DNA from: an uncultured Chromatiaceae bacterium
GTDB lineage: Bacteria; Pseudomonadota; Gammaproteobacteria; JAADHS01
Assembly (NCBI GenBank): GCA_964421045.1
Contig: CAYQVF010000011.1
Location: forward strand, 1,551-65,550
Length of the DNA stretch: 64,000 nucleotides
Reading direction: 5' to 3'
Part shown: positions 61,865 through 64,000 of the stretch, piece by piece
Position numbering within the stretch: position 1 is the first letter of the stretch
Layout: each line of letters starts with the position of its first letter
The notes under the pieces: generated by a model
What the model was told of the DNA's origin: nothing
Databases searched by the model: none
The model's input: the letters and a program-made list of their open reading frames with translations, nothing else
Translations under genes and position numbers: made by a program

Positions 61865-61915
61865 TGCGCCCTGAAAGAAGTGCCCTTTGGGGTGCGCCCT
61901 GAAAGAAGTGCCCTT
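61865..61915. repeat. Two tandem copies of a 23-nt motif (28-nt period)
   Basis: TGCGCCCTGAAAGAAGTGCCCTT occurs at 61865-61887 and again at 61893-61915. Confidence 0.6.
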
Positions 61916-62239
61916 GGAGTATCCACGCTCAACTGATTTTTCTGGGATAAAGAGGCTCAGCGTTTGAGTTGATAGTGGTATCGTAGTGGGTTGCACTCGA
62001 TTTGACTTCGATGGAGATCGCTGCACCGGGTTTCTTTGATAAAAAAAGCAAATTTAGATCCAGTTTCCTTCCAATCTTAGCGTGCGTCCAGCATAAGAAA
62101 ATTATCAACAGCGTGCATTCTGCATTCGCGTCCAACTGAATTTTTGCCTTCGATAGGCAAGGTTTTACTCAATGAAAAATAGATATAATAGGCATGTTTT
62201 CAAAATTTCATCAATATATTGAATCACAAGGAGTGTGAA

Positions 62240-62953
62240 ATGACATTAACCAAAAAGCTAGGCGCAGAATTTATTGGTACATTTTGGCTGGTATTAGGAG
62301 GCTGCGGCAGTGCGGTGTTGGCTGCGGCATTTCCTGATGTTGGTATAGGCTTATTAGGCGTCTCCCTGGCTTTTGGTCTTACCGTGCTGACGATGGCTTA
62401 CGCTATTGGCCATATCTCTGGCTGCCATCTAAACCCCGCTGTTTCATTAGGCCTGTGGTCATGCGGCCGGTTTCCAACTGCGGACCTTGTACCCTACATC
62501 GTAGCACAAGTATTAGGCGGTCTTGCCGGTGCAGCGACACTCTATGTTATTGCGACCGGGCAAGCTGGTTTTGATGTTACTGCGGGCTTCGCATCAAATG
62601 GCTATGGGGAGCATTCTCCTGGTGGTTACAGTATGACCGCTGCCCTCACCATTGAAGTGGTTATGACATTTATGTTTTTGATAATTATTTTAGGTGCGAC
62701 AGATAAACGTGCACCTCAAGGTTTTGCTCCTCTTGCCATTGGTTTTGGCCTCACCCTGATTCATCTCATCAGCATTCCCGTTACGAATACGTCAGTTAAT
62801 CCTGCAAGAAGCACGGGGGTTGCAATATTTCAGGGCGACTGGGCAATTTCTCAATTATGGCTTTTCTGGCTCGCGCCTATCGTTGGCGCTCTATTCGCCG
62901 GGGTTCTTTATCGATGGTTTCAAGCTGAAAAAGCATCGACATCTAACGAATAA
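62240..62953 (+). CDS. aqpZ: Aquaporin Z
   Basis: Two NPA boxes are present (HLNPAVS, SVNPARS), along with [18 protein letters not shown]. The ATG at 62240 follows AAGGAG; the track start at 62219 is TTG. Confidence 0.93.
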   Translation: MTLTKKLGAEFIGTFWLVLGGCGSAVLAAAFPDVGIGLLGVSLAFGLTVLTMAYAIGHISGCHLNPAVSLGLWSCGRFPTADLVPYIVAQVLGGLAGAATLYVIATGQAGFDVTAGFASNGYGEHSPGGYSMTAALTIEVVMTFMFLIIILGATDKRAPQGFAPLAIGFGLTLIHLISIPVTNTSVNPARSTGVAIFQGDWAISQLWLFWLAPIVGALFAGVLYRWFQAEKASTSNE

Positions 62954-63490
62954 AATACGAAAGATAACTTTTTACCCAAGCCGGGCAAGTGATCGTACAC
63001 TTAGCGCTAGATATTGGTTCACAAAGCGAATGAAAACGTTAATTTGTAATGCCTGAAACGTTTCATCTCTATATAAAATCAATAGCTTGCTCTAATATTG
63101 TACGAACGCTTGCACGGAGGCAGCTTTACCTGAACAGCTATGCTCTTGTTACGCCTCGACCTGCGACATCAAAAAAGCACACTTCAACTCGTTCAATTGT
63201 GGGTTTTAGGTTGACCTAAGTTATTGCGTACCCATTCCTAATGTCCGACAGGCTCCTAATGTGATTGATTCATTGGTAAATCGATTTGGGTGGAAAAAAA
63301 TTTAGCTCAAATCTAAAAAAACTAACAGACATCCATAAAAAAATGGGGAACTGTCAGATCAGGTCTGAGTTACGACATTTTTATATGAGCTATTATCATT
63401 CTATTTTATCTACCTTTTAATTCAAAATATTTCCTCTTATACTTAAATCTGTACAATGAAAAACACACATCAACAGGGATAAAAATAAAT

Positions 63491-64000
63491 ATGGACATTT
63501 TTAAACAGCTTAATACTCAAAAGCTCACCAACTTAATGACTCGAACCGTTTTAATTGGCTTGTGTCTAACTTCAACGATGACCTATGCTGATAGGGATGG
63601 TCAAGATAGCGGTGAAACACTGCACACCATTTCAGAACTATCATTAAATTTAGCGAATAAAGCGGCCATGGCCGCCTTTCGTAAATGCCGTAGAGATGGG
63701 TATGCGGTCAGTGTTGCTGTTGTTGATCGTAGTGGCGTGATCATTTCTCATGTTCGTAACCCAAAGGCGGGCCCTCATACGGTTAATAGCAGTTTAGGTA
63801 AAGCGTTTACTTCCGCAAGCATGGGACGAGCAACATCAGGTTTGGCCGATGCCATTGCCACAAACCCTGCGTTAGAAGGACTTCGTGATATGGATTCTCG
63901 AATGGTTATTTTGGCAGGTGGGTTACCCATTATGTTCAATGGAACAAGAGTGGGAGGGATTGGTGTTGGGGGTGCACCGGGTGGCCAACTTGACGAGGCG
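63491..64000 (+). CDS. GlcG/HbpS-like (DUF336) protein with signal peptide, 3' end cut by window edge
   Basis: Hand-translated as MDIFKQLNTQKLTNLMTRTVLIGLCLTSTMTYA...AVSVAVVDRSGVIISHVRN...GGLPIMFNGTRVGGIGVGGAPGGQLDEA. The frame is open to position 64000. Confidence 0.7.
   Translation, partial: MDIFKQLNTQKLTNLMTRTVLIGLCLTSTMTYADRDGQDSGETLHTISELSLNLANKAAMAAFRKCRRDGYAVSVAVVDRSGVIISHVRNPKAGPHTVNSSLGKAFTSASMGRATSGLADAIATNPALEGLRDMDSRMVILAGGLPIMFNGTRVGGIGVGGAPGGQLDEA

Noticed and set aside
61865-61915. Possible CRISPR array
   Set aside because: There are only two repeat copies with a 5-nt spacer and no cas genes, so this is not a CRISPR architecture. No other regularly spaced repeats were seen in the window.
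61627-62135. 101-aa and 68-aa minus-strand ORFs downstream of, and antisense to, rpmG
   Set aside because: The first is antisense to the L33 gene and runs through the tandem repeat. Neither has an RBS or any motif.

Overview
The window is a chromosomal segment of a Gammaproteobacterium. That assignment is an inference from gene content and synteny, and no species can be named from sequence alone. Most of it is conserved housekeeping sequence in three syntenic blocks. The first is a central-carbon cluster, tkt-gap-pgk-pyk-fba. The second is the gyrA-serC-(serA-like)-pheA-tyrA-aroA-cmk-rpsA-ihfB-lapA-lapB-pyrF-comEA 'supraoperon' block. The third is argB-dut-coaBC / radC-rpmB-rpmG-aqpZ.

Three regions look accessory:
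1. 19980-26787: an AT-rich five-gene minus-strand cluster between fba and mtnA. It encodes only envelope and scaffold-type proteins: an OmpA-like protein, a vWA/Ig-like tail-anchored protein, an acidic single-pass protein, a small secreted protein and a TPR plus coiled-coil protein. No ATPase or enzyme is present. This is my best candidate for an undescribed system.
2. 42.6-57.7 kb: a surface-polysaccharide locus. It opens with a canonical ops/JUMPStart element and carries its own MarR-type regulator and RfaH-like NusG paralogue. A decayed IS3-family remnant splits it, followed by a GC-richer wzx/wzy/glycosyltransferase block containing a wrecked asnB pseudogene.
3. 3.6-9.0 kb: a 1101-aa NTPase-TPR-SARP regulator, flanked by an orphan secreted protein and a BASS transporter.

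I also found a family of roughly 155-bp palindromic MITE-like elements with TA flanks. Two clear copies sit in opposite orientation, each abutting the start codon of the downstream gene, and there is a third possibly related element.

No rRNA, tRNA or CRISPR array was seen. All family assignments come from motif recognition by eye, and no searches were run.
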